NCBI RefSeq assembly: GCF_004010195.1
Contig: NC_057719.1
Span: 64,465,004 to 64,529,003, forward strand
Source of the DNA: Chiloscyllium plagiosum
Lineage: Eukaryota
Direction: 5' to 3'
Length of the DNA stretch: 64,000 nucleotides
Numbering within the stretch: position 1 is the first letter of the stretch; each line of letters starts with the position of its first letter. The position numbers and the translations under genes were made by a program. Positions 47,585 through 59,762 of this stretch are shown piece after piece. The notes beneath the pieces were generated by a model that saw only the letters and a list, made by a program, of their open reading frames with translations, was not told where the DNA came from and made no database searches.

Positions 47585-48254
47585 NNNNNNNNNNNNNNNN
47601 NNNNNNNNNNNNNNNNNNNNNNNNNNNNNNNNNNNNNNNNNNNNNNNNNNNNNNNNNNNNNNNNNNNNNNNNNNNNNNNNNNNNNNNNNNNNNNNNNNNN
47701 NNNNNNNNNNNNNNNNNNNNNNNNTGATGAATAGGCAATGCCCTAATAGGCAAGACAAAGTACTGTTGCTGCGAGTGTCCAAGAAAGCACAAAGTGAATT
47801 AGCATTAAGGAAGAATTTAAGGTTCATCCATGCATATGCTTGAGATGTGTGTTTGTTATCCTGAACTTAATGTAATCTGTAGGATCTTTACCCCATAAGC
47901 CATGAGTCAGCTCCAAAGTGATGTGCTGAAGAGTCTTCGGAGGTAGGCAAGACTGGCGGTGGGGATCTGGTGAGGTTGGTGTTTTGATGGTGCCAATATC
48001 TTTGGATGGATATTGAAGGCAGTCACTGTCCATGTTCTGTGAGATATTGGGAATTATTGGCAACATGGAGACTGAGAAGAGACTGGTAAACTGTAACTGT
48101 CTGATTACTGCTCACACCTTTGAGTCAAATTGGTACCACCTAGTCTCTCACACCTATCTGGAAGAGTTACACCCTGAATATGTGAGTTGTAATTTGCTAA
48201 TAATGAGATGCAAATGCCTCTCGTGATAGAAACATCCCTCAACTATTTCCCCCT

Positions 48255-49800
48255 GCTTACTGCCTCTCCGCCAATTGGATCCAATTTACCACATAGCTTT
48301 GGATACCATGGGCTCTTACTTTCTTCCCCAGCATGCCATATGGAATCTTAGGAAAAGCATTGCTAAATTCCATGGAGAGCACATCAAATGCATTACATCC
48401 ATCAACACTCCTGGTTATCTCCTCAAAACATTCAATCAAATTTGTCAAACACAACCTTCCCTTGACAGATCCATTCCTGTCCATCCTTGAATAACTTGCA
48501 TCACTCCAAGTGCAGATATATTCTGTTCTTCAGAATTCTTTCTAATAACTTCCCCACCAGCAGGATTAGACTGACTGGTTTGTAATTTTTTTGGTCTATT
48601 GTTTCCTCCCTATTTTAATAATGCTACAATATTAGCAGTCCTCCAGTCCTCTGGCACCTCATTTATGGCTCGGGAGGATTTGAAAATTACTGCAATGGCC
48701 CGTTGCCATCCCCTCTCCCCAATATTTCCCGCCTTGCCTCCTTCAACAGCCTGGGATATGTTTCACCTGGGCCTCAGATTTATCCACTGTGCTGGACACC
48801 AAACCTTCTAACACCTCCTCTCTTTCTATGTTAATTTCCTCTAATAGTCACAATCCTCCACCCTAAGGGGTTTCCTTTATTCTATCGCCAATGCTTTTTC
48901 ATGTACTCTCTCAGTTTTCCTAGTTTCCTCTTGAAGTGCCCCCATACACTTCCTGTACTCCTCTCAGGACTCTGCCTTAGTATCTGCTAAGTTTGTCATC
49001 TTTTCTTAATCCTAACATTTATGCCCCTTGTCATCCAGGTTTTTGGTTGTTGGCCCCAGCCTTTGTCTTCATGGGATCACATTTGTCCTGTACTTGAATG
49101 CCTCCCCATTTGCTCTGATACAGTTTTATGTGAAAGTAGCTGCTCCCAGTCCACAAATTTCTTTGCAAAGTTAGCCTCTCCCTGGTTTAGAACTTTTATT
49201 CCCACCCCATCCTTATTCTTTTCTGTAACTACCCAAAATTTAATTGGATTTTGGTCACCCCAAATTGCTCACCTTCTGTTCGACTTTCCACCTACCTAGG
49301 CTTATTTCCAGTATTGAGTTCAGACCTGCCCTGTCCCTGTTGGGCTTACTACGTACTGGCTAAAAAAAGTTCTCCTGAAATTAATTTAAGAATCTCTACC
49401 TTGCACACTAAAAGCATCCTAGTTAATTTTGGGCATGTTAAAATCTACTACTACTGCCTTAGTATCAAACTTCTCTGAAATGTAAATTACACATTTCATC
49501 TTCTATATATCTCTGACTGTTTGTTTGGCCTTGTTTGGGTGCACTTCCAACAGTGTGTTTACCCCTATATGTTTTTGTTACTTACACTCATTTGACCTCA
49601 TTTCCTGAGCCTTCTTCACTGCTCTAATTGATTCCTTGATCAATTATGTGACCTCCTCTTCTGCTTGTATTCTTGCTCTCTAGCTTGTCTGAATACCCTA
49701 TCTACAGGAATGTTGAGCTGCTAACTCTGCCCATCTATCAGTCAAGTCTTGGTTATCGCTATGTTATCATACTCCCATGTGCTAATCTGTGCCCTCAGCT
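48255..49800 (-). mobile_element. Old CR1 ORF2 fragment
   Basis: KGRLCLTNLIECFEEIT..DV..MEFSNAF. Confidence 0.75.
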
Positions 49801-50101
49801 TTACTCCTCAAGCTCTTTGTATTAAAATATATTCCATTTAAACTTGTTAACTTCTTTCTTGTGAGAATTTTTTTAAAGAATGGGTTGATATTGTTGTGAT
49901 GTGATTGGTTAGTGATGCTTATATTTGTAAAGAAAGAAAACATTTATTAGCTTTCTAGTTGTAAACAACATAGTTTTGATGCAAATTTTAAGAAATTCAA
50001 ATTGCATTAATATTTGAATTCAGTTCATCAACATTTGAAAAAAGAACCGTTAATGGTTTGAACTTTCAGAAGGATTTCAATAAGGACGCATATAACAGTT
50101 T

Positions 50102-50286
50102 GGGGAAATTGAGGACTGCAGATACTGGAGAGTCAGAGTCAAAAGATTTGATGCTGGAAAAGCACAGCAGGTCAGGCAACATCTGAGGAGCAGGAAAGTT
50201 GATGTTTATGCCTGAAACATTGTCTGTCCTGCTCCTTGGATGCTGCCTGACCTGCTGTATTTTTCCAGCACTGCACTTTTTGACTC
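50102..50286. mobile_element. Penelope pLTR inverted mini-element (degenerate)
   Basis: GAGGACTGCAGATACTGG..GCTGGAAAAGCACAGCAGGTCAGG and reverse arm. Confidence 0.75.
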
Positions 50287-50766
50287 CCACAACAATTTAG
50301 CACGTAAAATTCAAGCACATGTGTTCGGGGATAATGTGCTGACTTGGATAGAGAACAAATCAGCAGGCAGGAAGCATAGAACAGAAATTATTGGAAAATA
50401 TTAGCCTATTATAACGGGTGTTATTGAGGAAGTTAGAAAGCCACAAAGGGATCAGTTCCATGTTTGACTTCTCTTTCAATGCATACTGGGGACTCAAGGG
50501 TTAAACATTCCACTGCCAAAGAGCTCAGTGCACTATCAATTGTAAGTCTGTCTTCTTCCAGTATAGACAGTACATCTCAATCGGGGGTGGGGGGGGCTGA
50601 CTGTATACCAGAAAAGGAATCCAGTGAATCCACACATGTGGATTCCTCTGCAGCCTCAGGTAAAGGTATTTGTCATCCCCAAACAAAACTGATAGCCTTA
50701 ACCACAACCCTGTTAAACTGCCTCCTGCTCCCATTGTCTTACTTCCCCTCCATATTAGCATAGGTA

Positions 50767-51151
50767 TGCGAATCCCCCATTGAGAACAGACAAAACCCTT
50801 CTGTTTTAATCACTTCCCATCAACACATAATCATGAAGGATATGACAATCAGTCCCTATAATCCATTCACAAGTTATCACAGGACATCAACATTCATCAG
50901 ATTTTGTAAATTCATAATTGTCTATCTTAAACTATGTAATGACAATCGACCATGTAACTGATAGACCTTTTGTTTAATTCCTATAAAAAATACTGCCTTT
51001 GTGTGTAGGGCAGAGATTTATGAAGAGGTGTCACCACAAGTAGATGAACAACCACTTCTGGTCACATTGAGAATCTTTCGCCGGATGTCCGATAATAAAG
51101 CATCTACCTTTGTGCAGAAACTGGTATCGTCCGAATTTGTGAAAAACATAC
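50767..51151 (+). mobile_element. Possible solo LTR
   Basis: CTATAAAA at about 50982, AATAAA at about 51094, ends ...ATACA; no TSD verified and boundaries uncertain. Confidence 0.3.
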
Positions 51152-51164
51152 ATCAACATTATAG

Positions 51165-53412
51165 CAAAACATTTAGAAATGCATAATATGATCAAGCAGA
51201 GTCAGCATGGCTTCATGAAGGACAAATCATTCCTGACAAATTCTTTGAGAAGGTAATGAACAGGATAGATAAACCCATGAGCTGTGAGTGTAATACATTT
51301 GGAATTTCAGAATGTGTTTGATAAAATACGACACATTAGGTCATTCAATAAGGTAAGAGCTCATGGTGTTGGAGTTGGAACATAGCTAACTGAATATAAG
51401 ACAGAGAGGTGGGATAAAGGGTGTGTTTTTAGGAGCAGTCTGTAACGAGTGGTGTGCCATAAGGATCCATGCTGAGTTTGCAATTATTTACAATAGATTT
51501 TAATGGTTTGAAAAGTGAATGTACTATAGCCAAATTATGACAAAAAAATTTGGTGGGACGGCAAGTGGTGAGGATAAAACAAGGAGTCTGCGGAGAGATA
51601 TGAATGGGGCTAATGAAAGGGCAAAACTTGACAGATGGAATAAAACATGTAAAGTTATGTACATTGGCAGGAAGAATATAGGACCTCAAAGGAGTACAGA
51701 TTCATAGTTCCTTGAAAGTGGAGTCGCAAGTAGATAGGATAGTGAAGACAGCATTTGGTATGCTTTCCTTTTTGGTCAGTGCATTGAGTACAGGAGTTGG
51801 AAGGTCATGCTGCAGCTGTACAGGACATTGGTTAGGCCTCTTTTGGAGTAATGTGTACAATTCTGATTACCCTCCCATATGAAGGATTTTGTGAAATTTG
51901 AAAAGGCTCAGAAAAGGTGTACAAGATGTTGCCTGGGTTGGAGGTTCTGAGCTAAAGGGAAAGGCTGAATAGGCTGGGGCTGCTTTCCCTGGAGCATTGG
52001 ACTCTGAGGGATGACCTTATAGAGGTTTATAAAATCATAAGGGGCATGGACAGGATAAATAGACAAAGCCTTTTCCCTGGGGTGGGGGAGTCCAGAACTA
52101 GAGGGCATAGGTTTAGGGTGAGAGGTGAAAGATTTACAAGGGGGCAACTTTTCCACGCAAAGGGTGGTGTGTGTATGGAATGAGCTGCCAGAGGAAGTGG
52201 AGGCTGGTACAATTATAACATTTAAGAGGCTTCTCGATGGGGATATGAATGGGAAGTGTTCAGAAGGATAAGGGCCAAATGCTGGCGAATGGGAATAGAT
52301 TTATCTAGGATATCTGGTCAGACATGGATGAGTTGGACTGAAGGGTCCATTCTGTGCATCCCTAAATAGAGAAAAACTGCAGAAAGTTATGGACTTATTA
52401 AATTTTAACTTATGAAAATTTGCATCAAAATGTGTTGTTTGCTTTTAGTCCTTGCCTATAAATCTTAAAAGGCTAGCACCCAAGTTCAGCAGATATTAGG
52501 GTAGGCAAATGGAATTTTGTCTTTTATTTCAAAGGAATTGGAGCATACGTGGTGGGCGGCACGGTGGCACAGTGGTTAGCACTGCTGCCTCACAGCGCCA
52601 GAGAGCCGGGTTCAATTCCCACCTCAGGCGACTCTCTGTGTGGAGTTTGCACATTCTCCCTGTGTCTGCGAGGGTTTCCTCTGGCTGCTCCGGTTTCCTC
52701 CCACAGTCCAAAAATGTGCAGGTTAGGTGAATTGGCCAAGTTAAATTTCCCGTAGTGTTAGGTGAAGGGATAAATGTAGGGGAATGAGTCTGGGTGGGTT
52801 GCGCTTCGGTGGGTCGGTGTAGACTTGTTGGGCCGAAGGGCCTGTTTCCACACTGTAAGTAATCTAATCTAATAAAAGAAGAGAGGTTTGCTTTACCTAC
52901 ACAAGGGACTAGTCAGACCACAGCTGGAATGCTATAAATAGTTTGCGCCCTTTATCTAAGGAAAGATAGACTGACATTGGTGGAAGCTCAGATAGGGGTC
53001 ATCAGGTATGGAAGGACTGTTTAATGAGGAGATGTCGAACATGTTGGATTATAAAAGAATGAGAGCCAATCTTATTGAAACATACAACACTCTTAGGTGA
53101 TATGACAGGTAGGTTGTAGGCAGAAATATTGCTTTTCCAGTGTAAAATCTGACCAGAAAGCATAATCTCAGAATAAATCGTTACACATTTAAGACCGAGA
53201 TGAGAAGGAATTTATTCTCTTAGAGGGTACTGAATTTGTGTAATTCCTTACTACACAGGGCCATTGAGGCTGGATTGTTAAGTATATTCAAGGCTGAGAT
53301 AGAGAGCTTTATAATCAGTAAGGGAATCAAGGGTTATTGGGAATTAGGTAGGAAATTGGAATTAAGGATCCTCTGACATGGAGCAGACACAGTTGGTTCT
53401 ATGTTATATGGT
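51165..53412 (+). mobile_element. Old CR1 RT/3' region with nested younger CR1 (~51680-52360) and SINE
   Basis: AGAGTCAGCATGGCTTCATG.., TTTGATAAA, and CR1 tail motifs. Confidence 0.75.
52553..52873 (+). mobile_element. HE1-type V-SINE
   Basis: tRNA head GGCACGGTGGCACAGTGGTTAGC..GGGTTCAATTCC, V-core TGTGTGGAGTTTGCACATTCTCCC..CTCCGGTTTCCTCCCACAGTCC, CR1-like tail with (TAATC)n. Confidence 0.9.
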
Positions 53413-53759
53413 TTTAAAAATTAGTAGTTGTAATAGCATACCGAAAATGATTGTGTGAATAAAATTCAAATGCAGACCTGATAAATAAATTGACAAGAAA
53501 GATGTTCTGCATAGAATGTTTGAGGAGCTAAGCACTAAATTGAAAAGCAGATGTCAAATATTATAGTGTAATTAGATAGATGTATATGTAGCTAAAAGCC
53601 TGGTTGGGGTTAAAGTTAGTTCTGGTTTGTGGACCACTTTCACCAATTATGGGAAAAGTAGGGACTATACCATTGGGACAACCATGAGTGAGTCATGCTG
53701 TGACCAGCATTCTTGTAAACTGCTTAACTAGGGAAGTAGATAGGGTTCTAAACTAAGTA

Positions 53760-55255
53760 GGTAAAAACAAAGACTGCAGATGCTGGAAACCAGATTCTGG
53801 ATTAGTGGTGCTGGAAGAGCACAGCAGTTCAGGCTGCATCCAAGGAGCAGCGAAATCGACGTTTCGGGCAAAAGCCCTTCAGGAATAAAGGCAGAGAGCC
53901 TGAAGTGTGGAGAGATCAGCTAGAGGAGGGTGGGGGTGAGGAGAAAGTAGCATAGAGTACAATGGGTGAGTGGAGGAGGGGATGAAGGTGATAGNNNNNN
54001 NNNNNNNNNNNNNNNNNNNNNNNNNNNNNNNNNNNNNNNNNNNNNNNNNNNNNNNNNNNNNNNNNNNNNNNNNNNNNNNNNNNNNNNNNNNNNNNNNNNN
54101 NNNNNNNNNNNNNNNNNNNNNNNNNNNNNNNNNNNNNNNNNNNNNNNNNNNNNNNNNNNNNNNNNNNNNNNNNNNNNNNNNNNNNNNNNNNNNNNNNNNN
54201 NNNNNNNNNNNNNNNNNNNNNNNNNNNNNNNNNNNNNNNNNNNNNNNNNNNNNNNNNNNNNNNNNNNNNNNNNNNNNNNNNNNNNNNNNNNNGGGGTGTG
54301 GACCTGACCAGGTAGTCACGGAGGGAACGGTCTTTGCGGAAGGTGGAGAGGGGTGGGGAGGGAAATATATCCCTGGTGGTGGGGTCTGTTTGGAGGTGGT
54401 GGAAATGTCGGCGGATGATTTGGTTTATGGGAAGGTTGGTAGGGTGGAAGGTGAGCACCAGGGGGGTTCTGTCCTTGTTGCGGTTGGAGGGGTTGGGTCT
54501 GAGGGCGGAGGTGCGGGATGTGGACGAGATGTGTTGGAGGGCATCTTTAACCACGTGGGAAGGGAAATTGCGTTCTCTAAAGGGGGAGGCCATCTGGTGT
54601 GTTCTGTGGTGGAACTGCTCCTCCTGGGAGCAGATATGGCGGAGGCGGAGGAATTGGGAATACGGGGTGGCATTTTTGCAAGAGGTAGGGTGGGAAGAGG
54701 TGTAATCCAGGTAGCTGTGGGAGTCGGTGGGTTTGTAAAAAATGTCAGTGTCAAGTCGGTCGTCATTAATGGAGATGGAGAGGTCCAGAAAGGGGAGGGA
54801 GGTGTCAGAGAGGGTCCAGGTAAATTTAAGGTCAGAGTGGAATGTGTTGGTGAAGTTGATGAATTGTTCAACCTCCTCGCGGGAGCACGAGGTGGCGCCA
54901 AAGCAGTCATCAATGTAGTGGAGGAAGAGGTGGGGAGTGGTGCCGGTGTAATTACGGAAATCAACTGTTCTACGCAGCCAACAAAGAGACAGGCATAGCT
55001 GGGGCCCATACGTGTGCCCATAGCTACCCCTTTGGTCTGGAGGAAGTGGGAGGATTCGACGGAGAAATTGTTAAGGGTGAGGACCAGTTCGGCCAAACAT
55101 ATGAGAGTGTCGGTGGAAGGGTACTGTTGGGGACGTCTGGAGAGGAAGGCTCTCTGCCTTTATTCCTGATGAAGGGCTTTTGCCTGAAACGTCGATTTCG
55201 CTGCTCCTTGGATGCTGCCTGAACTGCTGTGCTCTTCCAGCACCACTAATCCAGA
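53760..55255 (-). mobile_element. Penelope element (RT, pLTR) with inverted 5' pLTR
   Basis: QTKGVAMGTRMGPSYACLFVG, YIDD; inverted pLTR at about 55148-55255; TSD TTCTAAACTAAGTA at 53746-53759 and 55256-55269. Confidence 0.93.
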
Positions 55256-55531
55256 TTCTAAACTAAGTAATGAGGTCAACAAATTAAATATAAACATATG
55301 TGCTATATTAAAGCATGAGATAAGACAGGCAATTAGTAACAAGAAATGAGGGTTCAAAAATGGCAGGCGTGGGCAGAAAAGCAACTAGGAATGCATAAAT
55401 AATCAAGACTGAATGTTATGAAGACAATGGAAAATCAAAAATAAATGCTTTCATAAATGATAGCTTGCATTGAAATAGATAAATGTGATCTCATGGAGAT
55501 ATGGTTCCAGGATGATAAGGTCAATAATGTC

Positions 55532-55845
55532 TTAGATTAGATTAGATTGCAGCGTGGAAACAGGTCCTTCGGCCCAACAAGTCCACACCGTCCCGCCGAA
55601 GCGCAACCCACCCATACCCCTACATTTACCCCTTACCTCACACTATGGGCAATTTAGTATGGCCAATTCACCTGACCTGCACATCTTTGGAATGTGGGAG
55701 GAAACCGAAGCACCCGCGGGAAACCCACGCAGACACGGGGAGAACGTGCAAACTCCACACAGTCAGTCGCCTGAGGCGGGAATTGAACCCGGGTCTCTGG
55801 CGCTGTGAGGCAGCAGTGCTAACCACTGTGCCACCGTGCCGCCCA
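55532..55845 (-). mobile_element. HE1-type V-SINE
   Basis: Reverse complement of the 52553-52873 family. Confidence 0.9.
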
Positions 55846-56289
55846 TAATATTGAGGGATGTATGCCATTGAAGAAAAATAGAAGCTTGGTGAAAGGAAGG
55901 TTTGCACTGTTAATTAGAGATGGTATTTGTGCATTAGTTTGAGACCTTGATTATGGATATTAGGATGTAGAATTGGTTTGAGAGGAGATGAAGTATAGTA
56001 GAAGAAAGAAGTCACCGTTGAGAGTGGTCTATAGGACCTCTAAATGTAGGACATTTGTTTTGATTGGTTCTGGTTTGGATGTTGAACTGTTCCAAGCCAG
56101 TTGTAGATGTGCTTTCCAGGGTGTGTACTTTCCTGGATACTATCCCCCTGGCGGACCTCATTACAATCATTACACTCCTAATTCACATGTGTGTATGTGA
56201 ATTACCAGTAACAAAAGATAAAATCAAAGACTCCGTTGATGCAATTTGATTCTATTATCATTCAAACGACCGGGATGCATTATTTTGAG

Positions 56290-56835
56290 ACCCTTTTGCT
56301 GACTCAAGTCCACATACCGGCAGCAACTACGATGGCTCGCCAGCCTGAATCCTGAAGAAAATCTTAAGTATTTAGCCGAGGCTTGGTTTTGTTTTAGGGT
56401 TTTGCTGTGCACTGACCTAGAGTCCCTCTGTTCAGGATATGCCCTGAGTGAGACTATGCAGTTGTCCTCGCACAAGTGGTGTTCCTCAAGTTCAGTCGCA
56501 CTGATGACGGTATCCACTTCAATTGACATACCCTGTAATCCACATTTTCTATTGGCGAAGCCAGTTGTAGTGCTTGTTTGAAGCCCATTTGAGCTTCAGC
56601 TAATAGGCGTATTTGCATGGCTACATCATTAATTCCACATACCAAACAGTCTCTCAGTATCTCACTAAGATTTCAACCAAAGTCACATGCCTCTGCCAAT
56701 CATCTTAATCTCATCAAAAATCCCGACATGGATTCCCCTGGGTCTCAAACTGCTGAGAAAAACCCATAGCATCACAGAATTAGAGACAGCTTGGGATCAT
56801 AATATTCCTTAACTAAATCTGTCAAATTTTGAAAG
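56290..56835 (-). mobile_element. Gypsy gag remnant
   Basis: PGES..FL.RLR.LAEACDFG..LRDCLVCGINDVAMQIRLLAE..KQALQLA. Confidence 0.75.
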
Positions 56836-56836
56836 G

Positions 56837-58412
56837 TTTTTTTTCCTTTCTTTTTTTTCTATTTTTTTCTTTTTTTTAATTTAACCCCCACACTACCACC
56901 TAAGTGCGATAGTGCTTATTTTTTCCCCAGCACCCATGGTGTGTGTGTGCAGGTGTGAGACAAAAGAAAGACACAAAGTGCACAAATCTTTATTCAGTTT
57001 CCACCACCACGAAGATAGGAAAACAGCCGGGTGGCCAGTGACAAGCAGTGCCCTTCACATCAGAGGGCAGTGCTGTGTGATCAAAACAGTGAAGGGGAGG
57101 GTAGGGACTAAATCAAAATAGAGTTGGAGGGGGAAATAATGCACTCCACTCCCTGCGGCGCCCACCTCTCCCTGAACAACTCCAGGGTGTTGGTGGACAC
57201 CGCGTGCTCCTTCTCCAAGGACACCCGGGCCCTAACGTAACCGCGGAAGAGGGGCAGGCAGTCGGCCCTAACGACCCCCTCCACGGCCCGCTGCCTCAAC
57301 CTGTTGATGGCCAGTTTGGCCAGGCCCAGGAGCAAACCCACAAGGAGGTCTTCAGACCTGCCCTTCCTCCTCCGTACCGGGTGCCCGAAGATCAGGAGCG
57401 TGGGACTGAAGTGCAACCAAAAGCAGAGGAGGAGGTTTTTCAGAAAATCAAAAAGGGAGTGCAAACGCCCACACCCAATATACACGTGGTCCACGGACTC
57501 CACAGCGCCACAGAACAAGCAGTTGGGCTGGGAGTCCGTGAACCACCGCAATCTGCGGTTGCAGGGGACCGCTGCATGCAGCCCCCTCCACCCCAGATCC
57601 CCGAGAGAAAGGGGGAGGACTCCCACATAGAGAGCCCTCCACTGGGGATCCCCACTGCCCGGTGGCAAATGGGAACCCCAAGGCGTGTCCGGACGGTGGA
57701 TGAGGGAGAAGAGGTGGATGCTGTGCAGCAGCAGTCTATATAAGGCCCGCCTTTTTACCCCCGGAAGGGAACAAAATTAAAATTCCGGAGGCGGCTCAGG
57801 TTGTGGGGCACAGGCTCCCGCGGGAAGTACGGGACCTTGGGGCCAATGTGAAATTCCGTCCGGGCTGAGGTGAGCGCGGATGGGATCTCACCGCATACCT
57901 GAGCGTCCTCCAACTAGTGCACTACGTCGGGTCCGAGCACCGCTGTTTTAAGGTGTCGGATGCCAGTGGCCACGTACTGGATGTCTACCGCTGCCCTGCT
58001 CGCTATGTCCTGTGGCAGCATCCAGCCCAGGCCCCCGGCACCCAGCACGTCCCCGACCCTGGTCACCCTCGCCGCCACGGCCCTCCCCTCCGAGAGCCAC
58101 TCGAACCCGCGAGTACGGAGGTGCGGATTCCTGAGCAACGGCTCCCTGACGACAGCCGCTACTCCAGCCGGAGGGTAGGCACGACGCGATTCAACCATGT
58201 TCCAGACAGTGATCAGGTCCTGGTAAAAGGCAGACAGCGTCTTGAGAGCGACCTCCAAACCGTCATGGTCGACGAACAGGAGCTGCGTGTCGTAGTTGAG
58301 GCTACGCACCTGGCGGACAAAATACGTCGCCAGGGCGCACCACCTAGGAGGAGGCTCGACTTAAAGGTATCGCTGCAAGGTCTGAAGGTGGAACGTCGCG
58401 ACTTGGGTGCGA
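56837..58412 (-). mobile_element. Young Tx1-clade LINE 3' portion (ORF2 C-terminus, 3'UTR, poly(A))
   Basis: GC- and CpG-rich; FYQDLITVW..REPLLRNP, CLFCGAVESVDHVYIGC zf-RVT, LGLAKLAI; T-rich tail at 56837-56878. Confidence 0.88.
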
Positions 58413-58526
58413 CACTCCTGTTTATATCTGTCAGCCAGGGCTCCCTATTGAACTAGGTTAACAGTCCCAATTGGGGAACTCATATTCTAAAAGGTTAACC
58501 TGGCTGACCTCATTACAATCATTGCA
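58413..58526 (-). mobile_element. Gypsy LTR 5' part
   Basis: Minus strand TGCAATGATTGTAATGAGG..GGGAGCCCTGGCTGACAGATATAAACAGG; same family as 9064-9281. Confidence 0.65.
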
Positions 58527-58939
58527 CTCCTAATTCATTTGTTTGTATGACTGTACCAGTAACAACAGAGAAAATCAAAGACTCCGTTGATGCAATTTGA
58601 TTCTATTATCATTCAAACAATTGGGATGCATTGTTTTGGTTTTTAATCTATTTTGTCCTTCTCATCCTGGATACTTCCTTTGTTTTATTGGAGATGATCC
58701 TCATAAATGAGACCATAGCTTCTCATATCCTTCAGATCAGTTTCACTGGCCTAGGTTATGGTCTCTCACCAGATAAACAAACTGCACATCTTTCTTTAAA
58801 TTGCCTTTGTTAAATGCATCAAAACTGTACCACTACCTGAAAATAAATACTTAGCATATAAACACTGTGGAGATCGGAGGATAAGAATTTTGCAACAAGT
58901 AACTCAGCCCCACTCTCCCCAAAATCTACCTATACTCTA

Positions 58940-59762
58940 CAAAACACAAGTCAGGAGTGTGATGGAATACTCCCCACTCGCCTGGATGGGTGCAGCTCCA
59001 ACAACACTCAAGAAGCTTGACATCTAGGACCAAGCAGCTCATTAGTTTGACCCTCATTCGTCACCTTAAATACTCACTCCTTACACAGTTGGAGTATGGT
59101 ATAGTTGTTGATTAGAATCCCTACAGTGTGGAAACAGGCCATTTAGCCCAACATGTCCACACTGATCCTCCAAAGAGTAACCCACCCAGACCCATTCCCC
59201 TACATTTAACCCTGACTAATGCACCTAACACTACAGACAATTTAGCATGGCCAATCCACCTAACCTGCACACCTTTGGACTGTGTGAGGAAACTGGAGCA
59301 CCTGAAGGAAACCCACTCAGACACAGGGAGAATGTGCAAACTCCACACAGACAGTTGCCCAAGGCTGGAATCAAACCTGGGTCCCTGGTGCTGTGGGGCA
59401 AGCAGTGCTAACCACTAATTCACTGCGTCGCTGTATGGTGTATCCACACTTTACAAGATACATTGCAGCAACTCACCAAGGTTCCTTTGGCAGAACCAAG
59501 ATGCAACCTAATGCCCAGCATGAGAGCAGCAAATGCATAGAAACTACACCACCTGCAGGTTTCCCTCCAAATTGCACACTATCCTGGCTTGGGGTTATAC
59601 CACCATTCCTTCACTGTTGCTGGGTCAAATTCCTGAACTCCCAGTCAAAATTTCTGTGTTTGTCCCTACACATCAAGAATTTCAGTGGTTGTTAAGGGCA
59701 ATTACGGATGGCTTATAAATGCCTGTCTAACAGCAATGCGTACAAACCGTGAAAGAAAAATA
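58940..59762 (+). mobile_element. LINE 3' end interrupted by an HE1-type SINE (-, ~59108-59416)
   Basis: GTGATGGAATACTCCCCACT..; CACCACCTGCAGGTTTCCCTCC tail shared with 62590-62915; V-SINE core on the minus strand. Confidence 0.7.

Noticed and set aside
52509..52755. tRNA-like sequence and small ORFs
   Set aside because: Head of an HE1-type SINE, not a functional tRNA or CDS.
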